Source: an uncultured Gammaproteobacteria bacterium
Lineage (GTDB): Bacteria > Patescibacteriota > Microgenomatia > UBA1406 > GWC2-37-13
Direction of reading: 5' to 3'
Assembly (NCBI GenBank): GCA_964521305.1
Contig: CAZFQZ010000001.1
Location: forward strand, 22-64,021
DNA length: 64,000 nucleotides
Positions 18,313-26,841 of this stretch are shown here, piece by piece. The position numbers were made by a program, and so were the translations under genes. How positions within the stretch are numbered: the first letter of the stretch is position 1; each line of letters starts with the position of its first letter. A model generated the notes under the pieces. That model was not told the DNA's origin, ran no database searches, and was given only the letters and a program-made list of their open reading frames with translations.

Positions 18313-19282
18313 ATTTTTCTATAATAACTCCTTTACAATTCGTAGTTGTATCGATAATTTGTCCCCCTTTTTTGGTAATAGCGTCCCGTACTGCTTGTTT
18401 TTTATTTTCCGGAGCAATTGCGATCATACAATCACCCCCGCCCGCGCCAGATAATTTAGCACCATATGCGCCCGCTGATCTTGTCGCATATATCATGATT
18501 TCCAGTTTTTCTGTGCTTACCCCAAGAGAATTGAGATATCCTTGATTCATATTCATCAGCTCTCCGAACCTGACCCAATCTTTGGCGAGTAATGCCTGTT
18601 TCGCTTGTTCAACTAGTTCCGCAATGTGATCATAGATACGATCTATGATGTCGGGATATTTTTTTGCTTTTTCTTTGATCTGGTTTATGAGTGTGACCGT
18701 ATCGGCTTTTACACCGCTATATCCTACTATCAACGGTAAAGACTTGATTTTTAGCGGCTCAATCTTTTTTCCGGCCGTAAAAAAATAGAGAGTTCCTCCG
18801 TAAATTGCAGCTGCGATGTCAAACCCCGATCCTTTTCCTTGAATATCAAGAACGGTTTTATACGCAAGATCGAATAATTCTTTATCGGTCAATGTTATAT
18901 TAAACAGTTCGGATAACGCTTTGATAGTACAAACTGTGGCGGCAGACGAGGAACCGAAACCGAACATGGATGAGAACTCGGTATATGTTTTGACATGCAT
19001 ACCTGTGGAACGTCGGTGTTTCCTGAAAAAATTGAGCACGGCGATTTCGACAAATTTTGCGCCTTTGGGTATGTGGCCTTTTCCGAGATCGTTAAGAGAT
19101 TTTCTGTAATCGTTAATTCCGACATCCGGCGCATCGAGCCGGAGCAGCGGTTCTTCCATAATGGTTATTTCCAGTTTGAGCCGTTGATTTACGGCGGTTA
19201 CCAGGCACGGCCGATTGTATACCACGGCGTATTCGCCCAACAACATCAGTTTTCCCGGAGCGGAAACCGCGATGGAATTCAT
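18305..19282 (-). CDS. phosphomevalonate kinase (GHMP family)
   Basis: SAPGKLMLLGEYAVVYN, GFGSSSAATV and C-terminal KLSGAGGGDCMIA (the GGGDC form is typical of ERG8-type phosphomevalonate kinases). Confidence 0.7.
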   Translation of the reverse strand: MNSIAVSAPGKLMLLGEYAVVYNRPCLVTAVNQRLKLEITIMEEPLLRLDAPDVGINDYRKSLNDLGKGHIPKGAKFVEIAVLNFFRKHRRSTGMHVKTYTEFSSMFGFGSSSAATVCTIKALSELFNITLTDKELFDLAYKTVLDIQGKGSGFDIAAAIYGGTLYFFTAGKKIEPLKIKSLPLIVGYSGVKADTVTLINQIKEKAKKYPDIIDRIYDHIAELVEQAKQALLAKDWVRFGELMNMNQGYLNSLGVSTEKLEIMIYATRSAGAYGAKLSGAGGGDCMIAIAPENKKQAVRDAITKKGGQIIDTTTNCKGVIIEKYD

Positions 19283-19319
19283 ATATATTATTCTACACTC
19301 ATCTTATACTGATGCACAT

Positions 19320-20270
19320 TTATGTGTGAGTGGTATGTAATCTTTTTACCCCTTCAGCGCTCTGCTGAAATTTCACATAAGGAATGATATTCTTTTGCAT
19401 ATATTCTTCAAACTTTTCCCGGTTTTTCGTATAAAACAAGATAAATCCGGAGCCTTGTGCTTGTCCTCCCGCTCCGGTTATTTTGCCTATCCCGAATTTT
19501 TGTAAAGAAATGAGCAGTGATTTTGTTTTTTCCGATACGACGTGCAGTTGTTCGAGCAGTTTCTGGTTTTCGGCAATATTTTCAGCAAAAAATGCTGCAT
19601 CCTCCTTTATGATGGAAATGGCGATCCGTTTGGTTATTTTTTCGATCGCGTTCAAAATCCGTTCCGTTTCCGCGGGCCACGCGTTGTATAGTTTCCCGAC
19701 ACGTTGTACCATGGTTCCGGTTGTTTCCGCAGGTTTTCCGCTTTCAATCAGATAGAGCCGGTCGGCTATGGCGCTGGGGAGTTTGAAGTTCAGCGACGAT
19801 ATGGTTTTAAGAAATTCAAACTCTTTCCGGTAATAGATTAAACCGCCGAATGTCGCGGCGGTATTGTCGATACCCGAAGGTTTTTCGTGAAACTGTTTTT
19901 CCGCTCCGTATGCTACATTATTAATGATTTCCTTATCGAACGATCGTCCGGTATAAAATTCAAGGAGCGCTGCCGATGCTGTCACCGATAATGCTGCGGA
20001 TGATCCCAATCCTCTTCCGATTGGTATGCGGGATTCAATAGAGCTGGTAAACGATTTCTTGGGAATTACATATTTTTTTTCCCTGAGAAAATTTCTGACC
20101 TGTTGATCGATATATTCCATATGCCGGTCGCCGGTTTGTTTTCCAGCTTCAGAGATTCTGCATGCCAACCGGAAATCGATTGCCGATACGAGGGCGGGTT
20201 TACCGTATACAACCGCGTGTTCACCGGAAATAATCACTTTTGCGGGTGCGGAATAGGCCACTGATTTCAT
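19320..20270 (-). CDS. mvk: mevalonate kinase (GHMP family)
   Basis: Start at MKSVAYSAPAKVIISGEHAVVYGKPAL (ATG 20270, ATGA overlap with the DUF35 stop) and GHMP motif GRGLGSSAALSV. The 390-aa track ORF is a spurious 5' extension. Confidence 0.8.
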   Translation of the reverse strand: MKSVAYSAPAKVIISGEHAVVYGKPALVSAIDFRLACRISEAGKQTGDRHMEYIDQQVRNFLREKKYVIPKKSFTSSIESRIPIGRGLGSSAALSVTASAALLEFYTGRSFDKEIINNVAYGAEKQFHEKPSGIDNTAATFGGLIYYRKEFEFLKTISSLNFKLPSAIADRLYLIESGKPAETTGTMVQRVGKLYNAWPAETERILNAIEKITKRIAISIIKEDAAFFAENIAENQKLLEQLHVVSEKTKSLLISLQKFGIGKITGAGGQAQGSGFILFYTKNREKFEEYMQKNIIPYVKFQQSAEGVKRLHTTHT

Positions 20271-20569
20271 ACGAGAACACAAGCAACTGTATAGGGGATA
20301 ACGTCGTCGGGAACGCTTTCCCGCAGTTTGCGCAAGGTTGTTCTCACAGGCATGTTTACCCGGATACCGGTATTGCTGGAAATATCGACGACTTGCGTGC
20401 ATATTTTTTTGCCGTTTTCCAGTTTGATAATGGCTACTACATAGGGCGCGATCTTTTTGAACTGAGGGGGCGGGGTATAGATTCTTGTCCATGAAACAAT
20501 AACTCCCCTTTTATTTAAGAGATCCCTGATTGTTTTTTGCCTTCTCCAGATTTTGACCGGACTTAACAT
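20267..20569 (-). CDS. DUF35-type OB-fold protein (thiolase/HMG-CoA synthase partner), lacking the zinc ribbon
   Basis: 100-aa protein: G.I.SWT.I..PP..F...APYVVAIIKLENG......VVD is the OB-fold half of DUF35. No CxxC pairs. Position directly after the thiolase, as in archaeal clusters. Confidence 0.7.
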   Translation of the reverse strand: MLSPVKIWRRQKTIRDLLNKRGVIVSWTRIYTPPPQFKKIAPYVVAIIKLENGKKICTQVVDISSNTGIRVNMPVRTTLRKLRESVPDDVIPYTVACVLV

Positions 20570-20574
20570 ATGAT

Positions 20575-21726
20575 TTATACACCTAAAATGCTAACGATCG
20601 CTGTCCCTCCCGATCCTCCTACATTATGCGCCAAACCGTACTTGACGTTAGTAATCTGGCGATTTCCCGCCTGATGAATCAATTGTTCATACAGCTCCCC
20701 GATCTGTTTTATGCCGGTTGCTCCAACCGGATGGCCGGCTGCTTTAAGCCCGCCGGATGTATTGACGACCAGGTTTCCGCCGGATCCCACCATGGTTTCG
20801 TAATCGGCCATGCGTTTTCCCGCCTCGCCTTTTTTCCAGAACCCCAGATCTTCCATGGCAAGGATTTCCGCAATGCTGAAACAGTCATGGATCTCTGCTA
20901 CGGAAATATCGGCTCTCCGGAGTTTTGATTCGGTAAACGCTTTTTCGGCCGCGATCCGGGTTGCCTTAATAGACGTAAGGGATGACCGGTTCAAAAGAGA
21001 TATCGTGTCGGATGTTGCGATTGAACTGATTATACGGACTGCATTATTTTTTTTCACAATATCCGGATTGTTCGAGACGATAACGGCAGCCGCACCATCG
21101 GTGACAGGAGAGCAATCGAGGATATGTAAGGGATCGGCGATAATCGCGCTGCCCAATACCTGCTGTTCGGTGATTTCACGGTGGAACTGCGCATTGGGGT
21201 TCAGCATTGCGTGCTTGTGGTTTTTGACGGAAACCGCAGCGAGATTTTTACGCGTATATCCGTATTTGTCCATATATGCGCGTGCCATCATGGCATATAA
21301 TCCGGGAAACGTCAAACCGGATTCCTGTTCCTCACCCGATGCCGCCGACATCAGCGCTTCGGTGATTTCTTCTGGGCTGACGTCGGTCATTTTTTCCGCT
21401 CCGACAACAAGAACTGTTTTTTTGCTGTTGGACTGAAGGTATGTATTTGCCAGTTGGAATGCCGCTCCTCCTGACGCGCACGCGGATTCGATACGGTAAA
21501 CCGGTACATGAATGTGAAGGAACTCCGCGATTTTCGATCCGCCGTGCAGATTGTTTTCCAGAACTCCTCCGAGCATATTCGCGAAAAAAATCGCGTCGAT
21601 CTGATCATGTTCCAGCAAAGTTTTTTTCAATACGCCGTGCACGGCTTCCTGGGCAAGATCGAACAACGATCTGTTCCAGAGTTCGCCGAACTGCGTTTGG
21701 TGGTATCCGGTGACAAATGTTTTCAT
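20575..21726 (-). CDS. acetyl-CoA C-acetyltransferase (archaeal/SCP-x-type thiolase)
   Basis: Active-site Cys context RIESACASGGAAF, C-terminal HNVGGSGGTAIV, ~380 aa. 4-nt overlap with the HMG-CoA synthase gene. Confidence 0.85.
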   Translation of the reverse strand: MKTFVTGYHQTQFGELWNRSLFDLAQEAVHGVLKKTLLEHDQIDAIFFANMLGGVLENNLHGGSKIAEFLHIHVPVYRIESACASGGAAFQLANTYLQSNSKKTVLVVGAEKMTDVSPEEITEALMSAASGEEQESGLTFPGLYAMMARAYMDKYGYTRKNLAAVSVKNHKHAMLNPNAQFHREITEQQVLGSAIIADPLHILDCSPVTDGAAAVIVSNNPDIVKKNNAVRIISSIATSDTISLLNRSSLTSIKATRIAAEKAFTESKLRRADISVAEIHDCFSIAEILAMEDLGFWKKGEAGKRMADYETMVGSGGNLVVNTSGGLKAAGHPVGATGIKQIGELYEQLIHQAGNRQITNVKYGLAHNVGGSGGTAIVSILGV

Positions 21727-22742
21727 ATCATGTGCATATACTTCAAATAGGTTGGATAATCGATATATGTTTTTTTTGCCAATGCGCTCGAGAATTTTTT
21801 TCTCTTTTTATTCATATATTCTGTTGCTTCGAATATGAACGCATCTGATCCGGCTCCTGAACCGTAAGACACGAATAAAATGCGGTCTCCGGGTTGTACA
21901 TATTCCAATGTGGCGACAAGGCCCATGAGGGCAGATGCGGTATATGAGTTTCCAAGTTGTGTAATAACCAGAGATTTTTCAATCTGCGTTTTGCTAAAGC
22001 CAAGCATTTTTGCGATGGCGATGGGAAACTTTCCATTTGGCATATGAAAAACTGCATATGCGAAGTCCTTGGGTTTTAACCGTGTTTTGGTCAAAATATC
22101 GCGGACTGAGTTTGCAATATGATGGAAATATGAAGGTTTACCGGTAAATCTTCCGCCGTGTGAAGGGTATCGTATTCCTTCCCTCCGCCAAAAATCAGGA
22201 GTGTCCGATGAAAACGATGACCATGCGTGAACCTTCAATATAGGATGTTTGGTTCCCACAAGCAAGGAGACCGCACCTGATGCGGCAGTATATTCCAACG
22301 CATCGTGAGGTTTGCCGGTAGCTTTGTCAGAAGCGCAGACAAGACCCTGTTTGATCTGTCCGGTTTCAACCAAACCCAATGTTGATATCAATGCTCCTGT
22401 TCCTGCCTTGCATGCAAACTGCGTGTCATAGGCGAGATAACGGTTTCCGATTCCCAACAGTTCGCCAATTATGGTAGATGCGGGGTTTACCGCATAAGGA
22501 GGTGATTCCGAACCGAAAAATACCGAATCGATATTTTTCGGTTGTTCCGTTTCCAACGCCATATTGCTTGCTTCGTACGCCATGGTTACGGAGTCTTCGG
22601 AAATGGATGCTACGGTTTTTTCCGTCAAGCCCAATGAGGCTTCGATCTCATGGGTGTTTTTTCCCCATACGCGGGCAATCTCACTGATTCTGATGCGAGA
22701 CTGAGGGATATAAAAACCGTATGAAACGATTCCTGCTTTCAT
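21723..22742 (-). CDS. hydroxymethylglutaryl-CoA synthase (archaeal-type, FabH-like)
   Basis: MKAGIVSYGFYIPQSRIRISEIA start, active Cys region YDTQFACKAGTGAL, His/Asn regions FHMPNGKF and YGSGAGSD. Confidence 0.85.
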   Translation of the reverse strand: MKAGIVSYGFYIPQSRIRISEIARVWGKNTHEIEASLGLTEKTVASISEDSVTMAYEASNMALETEQPKNIDSVFFGSESPPYAVNPASTIIGELLGIGNRYLAYDTQFACKAGTGALISTLGLVETGQIKQGLVCASDKATGKPHDALEYTAASGAVSLLVGTKHPILKVHAWSSFSSDTPDFWRREGIRYPSHGGRFTGKPSYFHHIANSVRDILTKTRLKPKDFAYAVFHMPNGKFPIAIAKMLGFSKTQIEKSLVITQLGNSYTASALMGLVATLEYVQPGDRILFVSYGSGAGSDAFIFEATEYMNKKRKKFSSALAKKTYIDYPTYLKYMHMI

Positions 22743-22745
22743 AAG

Positions 22746-23894
22746 TTATCGTCCTAGGGTTTTGTGCGCTTGCGCAAGGCTTCCTTCCGCGAGCGAGGCA
22801 AGCAACGAAATCTCGCCGGCCAAAACCGCTGTGGTCAGCACTTCGGCGAGCTCGGTCGATTCCTGTGCGCCGACAATGGATAACGCTTCAGATTGTGTTT
22901 TAAGATGCGTACCGCCGCCGACGGTCCCGATCATCAGGTCCGGCATGTATACGGAAAAATACAGGTCTTTTTTACGGATGATTTTCGCTGTAGTTATACC
23001 CATACTCGCTTCGGACACATGCGCGATATCCTGGCCGGTTGCTGCGAAAAAAGCAGCGGCAACGTTGGCGAACTGCGCGTTAAACCCTAGAGAGCCGGAC
23101 ATGGCCGATCCGATCATATTTTTTGCCAGCCAGACCTCGAATAGCTGTTTTGCCTCAATCCTGAGGACATCTCGCAGAACTTTTTCGGTAAGAACAACCT
23201 CTGCCCAGGTTTTAATCCCGCGATTGTTTATGAAGTTGATCCATGCAGGTTTCTTGTCCGTGTCGAAATTGCCTGCCAAAGACAAACATTCTATTCCCGT
23301 TTCCTTTTCGATGAATCGCGTGACCTGTTCCGTAGCGATAGTTGCCATATTCATTCCCATTGCATCCTGTGTATTGAAATAAAAGCGGATATAGGCATAA
23401 TCCGCAAGGGTCCTGATATCGTATTTTTTGTATTTCAGATGGTTTGATGTTTGTTCCGCAACCCGCGCAAATCGTGACTCGTTTTTTCCCATCCATTCAT
23501 ACAGATATTGGCTTTTTTTCAAACTGCGTGTATGAAATACAGGTCCGCGTGTGGCACCGATCTTATGGGAAGAAACATTTGCGCCGCCTGACAGGGAAAT
23601 TGTCTTGCAGCCTCTATTAATCGAAGCTACGAGCGCGCCTTCGGTAGTCGCAAGCGGTATATAGTAATTTTTAATTTTGCATTTTGCATTTTGCATTTTT
23701 AATGGACCGGCTATGCCGAGCGGTAATGTCACTGCGCCAATCAGGTTTTCGCAGTGCACTTTTTGTTCGTCATCATGAAAACATCGGTCAATAACATCGA
23801 GATTGATATTCAACTCGCTGTTAAGGCCACGGATCCGTTCCTTTCTTGTTCTGACTGAAGATAGCCTCATATTGTATGAGTCGTTGTTAAACAA
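22746..23894 (-). CDS. HMG-CoA reductase, class I-like (short archaeal form)
   Basis: ENLIGAVTLPLGIAGPL, PLATTEGALVAS, QDAMGMNM and GTVGGGT. ~380 aa with no membrane domain. Start is either TTG 23894 or ATG 23870. Confidence 0.88.
   Translation of the reverse strand: MFNNDSYNMRLSSVRTRKERIRGLNSELNINLDVIDRCFHDDEQKVHCENLIGAVTLPLGIAGPLKMQNAKCKIKNYYIPLATTEGALVASINRGCKTISLSGGANVSSHKIGATRGPVFHTRSLKKSQYLYEWMGKNESRFARVAEQTSNHLKYKKYDIRTLADYAYIRFYFNTQDAMGMNMATIATEQVTRFIEKETGIECLSLAGNFDTDKKPAWINFINNRGIKTWAEVVLTEKVLRDVLRIEAKQLFEVWLAKNMIGSAMSGSLGFNAQFANVAAAFFAATGQDIAHVSEASMGITTAKIIRKKDLYFSVYMPDLMIGTVGGGTHLKTQSEALSIVGAQESTELAEVLTTAVLAGEISLLASLAEGSLAQAHKTLGR
23674..23694. repeat. (ATTTTGC)x3 heptanucleotide tandem repeat inside the HMG-CoA reductase gene
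   Basis: Units at 23674-80, 23681-87 and 23688-94. Minus-strand coding reads MQNAKCK. Confidence 0.9.
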
Positions 23895-23899
23895 TCAAA

Positions 23900-24508
23900 T
23901 CACGCGAAAGGAATACGGGATATACCAAGTTTGTAAAGAAAGATCCAAAACGGCGCAAACACGACCAGATAGAGCAGGAAGTAATACATGACGCGCGTTA
24001 CCGGAGTTCTGGAGGAGAATCGGACACTCAGATATATAAGCATCATTTTCCAGACACCCAGGCTGACTGAATATGCCAAGTAAATCACACTGAACGATCG
24101 TCCGAGGATAGACATGGTGCGCGGTGGCGGCAAAACGACATATAACATCAGATTGGAATAAAACCAGAGCAACGTGGGAAAAAGTGTGTATGTCCAGGTT
24201 CGCAAATATGCGTTAAACCGCTGTGGAAACGTATCTTTGGAAGGGAGGAAAGAGAAGAACAAGATACTCGCCATATAATTGATGACTGCAGCTGACAAGC
24301 CGATCATGGCAAACCGATATCCGCGCACCAGGGCGGTAAGTAAAAAATATACAATGATCAAAATATAAATGGGCAAGAGGTTTATGACCGCGCTTCGTAC
24401 CCGTATAGTGCGCATGGTTTTGTACGGCAGGTATATGAGCCTGAAAAATGACGAAACGGTCATGATTGTCGAACTGATGACGGAAGCGGCGGCTTCTTCA
24501 GAATCCAT
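23900..24508 (-). CDS. polytopic membrane protein (Yip1-like?)
   Basis: 202 aa with 5 predicted TM helices. Overlaps the upstream small ORF by 11 nt. Confidence 0.6.
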   Translation of the reverse strand: MDSEEAAASVISSTIMTVSSFFRLIYLPYKTMRTIRVRSAVINLLPIYILIIVYFLLTALVRGYRFAMIGLSAAVINYMASILFFSFLPSKDTFPQRFNAYLRTWTYTLFPTLLWFYSNLMLYVVLPPPRTMSILGRSFSVIYLAYSVSLGVWKMMLIYLSVRFSSRTPVTRVMYYFLLYLVVFAPFWIFLYKLGISRIPFA

Positions 24509-24728
24509 ACTGCAGCATGTTAACTGCTTTAACGATAAAAGATCCGAACATATATACCAGCATTGCGGACACGATGAGCGTAACCGGCACGACGATGATA
24601 AACGGCGCGGTTTTGAAAAAGCGGTTTATTTTCCTGTATAGGTGAGTCAACAAAGGAAAACCCAAGTCATTGGGTTCTACGATCCGCGATTCCCGATAGA
24701 GCACTTTCAGTTGATTATCCCGTTTCAT
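24498..24728 (-). CDS. small single-TM protein, putative anti-sigma factor
   Basis: 76 aa, start overlaps the sigma-factor stop by 1 nt, one TM (FIIVVPVTLIVSAMLVYMFGSFIV). Function inferred from position only. Confidence 0.45.
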   Translation of the reverse strand: MKRDNQLKVLYRESRIVEPNDLGFPLLTHLYRKINRFFKTAPFIIVVPVTLIVSAMLVYMFGSFIVKAVNMLQYGF

Positions 24729-25276
24729 TATTGGTTATGGTAAAGTTTTGAAAACGCTTTCCGGGCCCTGAAAAGCAAACTCTCGGCGGATTTGAAACTG
24801 ATGTTGAGTTTATTCGCAATTTCACGGACGTGGAAACCGTCTACATATTTAAGTCGGATGACAAGCGCGTATTCATGCGGGAGACGGTGAAGGGCAGTAT
24901 AGACATTGTCTTTTATCTCTTGTTGATTCATATCATCACGGAACATGATCATTGCACACGTGTTAATGATCGGTTCGGGCACCGCAGACATGATTATTTT
25001 TTTTAATTTTTTTTTGCGGATATAATCGACGATTTTATTATGTGTTATTGCGTAGAGATACGCAGATAATGATTGAATATTATGGTCTTCACGGATTTTT
25101 TCTATGCAATCGATAAAGACATCCTGTGTGATCTCTTCGGCGATATGTTGATCTTTGATTTTGTGATGTATGAATCTAAAAACAGGTTGCCTGTATAGCC
25201 GATAGAACTGCATGAGGGATCGTTCATTGCCGTTTTGTATTTTTATGAGCAGTTCTTGTTCGTCAGCGTTTTTCAT
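24728..25276 (-). CDS. ECF-type sigma-70 family RNA polymerase sigma factor
   Basis: Region 2 (FYRLYRQPVFRFIHHKI...AEEITQDVFI) and region 4 HTH (VREIANKLNISFKSAESLLFRARKAF). Confidence 0.88.
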   Translation of the reverse strand: MKNADEQELLIKIQNGNERSLMQFYRLYRQPVFRFIHHKIKDQHIAEEITQDVFIDCIEKIREDHNIQSLSAYLYAITHNKIVDYIRKKKLKKIIMSAVPEPIINTCAMIMFRDDMNQQEIKDNVYTALHRLPHEYALVIRLKYVDGFHVREIANKLNISFKSAESLLFRARKAFSKLYHNQ

Positions 25277-25346
25277 AAGAGTAAAAAATATGCAAACGTA
25301 TGATTATTGTACTCTTAAACAAGAATATTTTCCATTGATAGGAAAG

Positions 25347-25724
25347 TTACTGTCCGAGTGTAGGTAGACGAATACTCCAACCACCTGGGCCAACCTGAAC
25401 AAGATTGAGTATTTGACCTGTAACAAGGCTCCATATTGTCAACATAACAAAAATAAGCAATATACCAATGAGCGCATTTGTTATTTTGCTCTGTGCTTTT
25501 GCCACACGTTCTTTCTCACCGCCGGAAACGATCCAGTCGAACGCTCCCCATAACATAAATATCAGAAGGATAAGACCGGCAACTATCAGGAACAGATTGA
25601 TGCCGGTTCCTATAAATTTACCCAGACCTTGGGCAGGATCATTCGCCAAATTGCCGCCGCCCGCGAACTGAGAAGAGTCGATATGGCCGAATACGTCGTT
25701 GACGCTTGCCGCTAGAATTTTCAT
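25347..25724 (-). CDS. T4SS-pilin-like (TrbC/VirB2-like) two-TM protein, paralog B
   Basis: TM1 (LFLIVAGLILLIFMLWGAF), loop SGGEKERVAKAQSKI, TM2 (LIGILLIFVMLTIWSL). Same hairpin layout as 25721-26026, 43.4-43.7 kb and 51832-52146. Confidence 0.6.
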   Translation of the reverse strand: MKILAASVNDVFGHIDSSQFAGGGNLANDPAQGLGKFIGTGINLFLIVAGLILLIFMLWGAFDWIVSGGEKERVAKAQSKITNALIGILLIFVMLTIWSLVTGQILNLVQVGPGGWSIRLPTLGQ

Positions 25725-26026
25725 TGAGGTAATATATTATGAACTCCTAAAACTATACCCAAGATTTTGACCACCAGAAAACTGCATATGACAATAATTA
25801 TACCCAATACGGAAAAACCAAGCGATTGCTGGGCCTTCTTTATCTTATCCGGATTGTCGCCGCCGGTAAGGATATTAAAGCCGGAAACAAAACCCATGAT
25901 CAGGAACAGGAATGCGGCACCGAGCAACAGAAGAGGAATAATGACATTCATGAGTGTACCAATCGTACTGATTTTGGCGGGAGGAAACAGATTGGGATTG
26001 TCGAAATTCACCTGGGCGAGAAGCAT
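25721..26026 (-). CDS. T4SS-pilin-like (TrbC/VirB2-like) two-TM protein, paralog A
   Basis: ISTIGTLMNVIIPLLLLGAAFLFLIMGFVSGFNILTGGDNPDKIKKAQQSLGFSVLGIIIVICSFLVV shows the TM-G.(N/D)P(D/E)KIKKA-TM signature. 4-nt overlap with paralog B. Confidence 0.6.
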   Translation of the reverse strand: MLLAQVNFDNPNLFPPAKISTIGTLMNVIIPLLLLGAAFLFLIMGFVSGFNILTGGDNPDKIKKAQQSLGFSVLGIIIVICSFLVVKILGIVLGVHNILPQ

Positions 26027-26091
26027 ATATAAAAGAGTATAATAAATAAGATTCGAATCTACAAATCTATTCGTCGAATCACCGAATAGTT

Positions 26092-26113
26092 GTTAACAAG
26101 TTAACACGTTAAC
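26092..26113. promoter_or_regulatory. three GTTAAC palindromes at 8-bp spacing (candidate operator)
   Basis: GTTAAC at 26092-26097, 26100-26105 and 26108-26113, in the divergent region between the pilin-like operon and uppS. Confidence 0.35.
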
Positions 26114-26121
26114 GGGTTTTA

Positions 26122-26841
26122 TTGATAATTTGTGTCATATATATGGGAGTTCCAAAACATGTGGCGATTATTCCCGACGGAAACAGGCGTTGGGCAAAAA
26201 AATACGGTTTAGCCTCGATCGAAGGACATAAGAAAGGGATACAAGTCATGTTCGATTTGGCAAAAAAGGCGAAAGAACTAGGGATTTCAGTGCTGACCAT
26301 TTGGGCTTTTTCCACGGAAAACTGGTCGAGGAACGAACAGGAGATACGCGGTTTGATGGGGCTGTTTGAAGCGTTTTTGAAACTGAATATGAATAAAATT
26401 CTGGCAGAAGAAGCAAGGGTTATACATATAGGAAGGAAAGACAGATTGTCTGCCGGATTCAGGAACATGATCCGGGCCCTTGAGGAGAAAACAAAACGCA
26501 ATGATGCATATTTTTTTGTTCTGGCCTTGGATTACGGAGGAAGAGATGAGGTATTGCGCGTAGTACAACAGATGAGCCTGAAATTCAATCCGCCGGCTGG
26601 CGAAAAAAATCTGACAGAACAAGAATTTGAGAATTTTTTAGACACAAAGGATATACTGTATCCAAATCCGGATTTGGTCATCCGCACGAGCGGAGAACGA
26701 AGAACTTCGGGCTTTATGATCTGGCAAGCGGCATATGCCGAATGGGAGTTTGTGGAAGAATACTTTCCCGATTTTACCGCAGAGCGGTTTGAACAATGCA
26801 TACGCGACTTCGAGATAAGGAAACGCAGATTCGGGAAATGA
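26122..26841 (+). CDS. uppS: isoprenyl transferase / undecaprenyl-diphosphate synthase family (cis-prenyltransferase)
   Basis: HVAIIPDGNRRWAKK, FSTENWSR, C-terminal RTSGERRTSGFMIWQAAYAE and RRFG. Alternative start ATG 26143. Confidence 0.92.
   Translation: MIICVIYMGVPKHVAIIPDGNRRWAKKYGLASIEGHKKGIQVMFDLAKKAKELGISVLTIWAFSTENWSRNEQEIRGLMGLFEAFLKLNMNKILAEEARVIHIGRKDRLSAGFRNMIRALEEKTKRNDAYFFVLALDYGGRDEVLRVVQQMSLKFNPPAGEKNLTEQEFENFLDTKDILYPNPDLVIRTSGERRTSGFMIWQAAYAEWEFVEEYFPDFTAERFEQCIRDFEIRKRRFGK

Noticed and set aside
20271-20492. 74-codon N-terminal extension of the mevalonate kinase ORF (track ORF 19320-20492)
   Set aside because: The extension overlaps the DUF35 gene in another frame and has no kinase similarity. 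The conserved kinase N-terminus begins at the ATG at 20270, which forms an ATGA overlap with the DUF35 stop.
20810-23382. 208-aa and 206-aa plus-strand ORFs (20810-21436, 22762-23382)
   Set aside because: They are antisense to the thiolase and HMG-CoA reductase genes and have no independent support.
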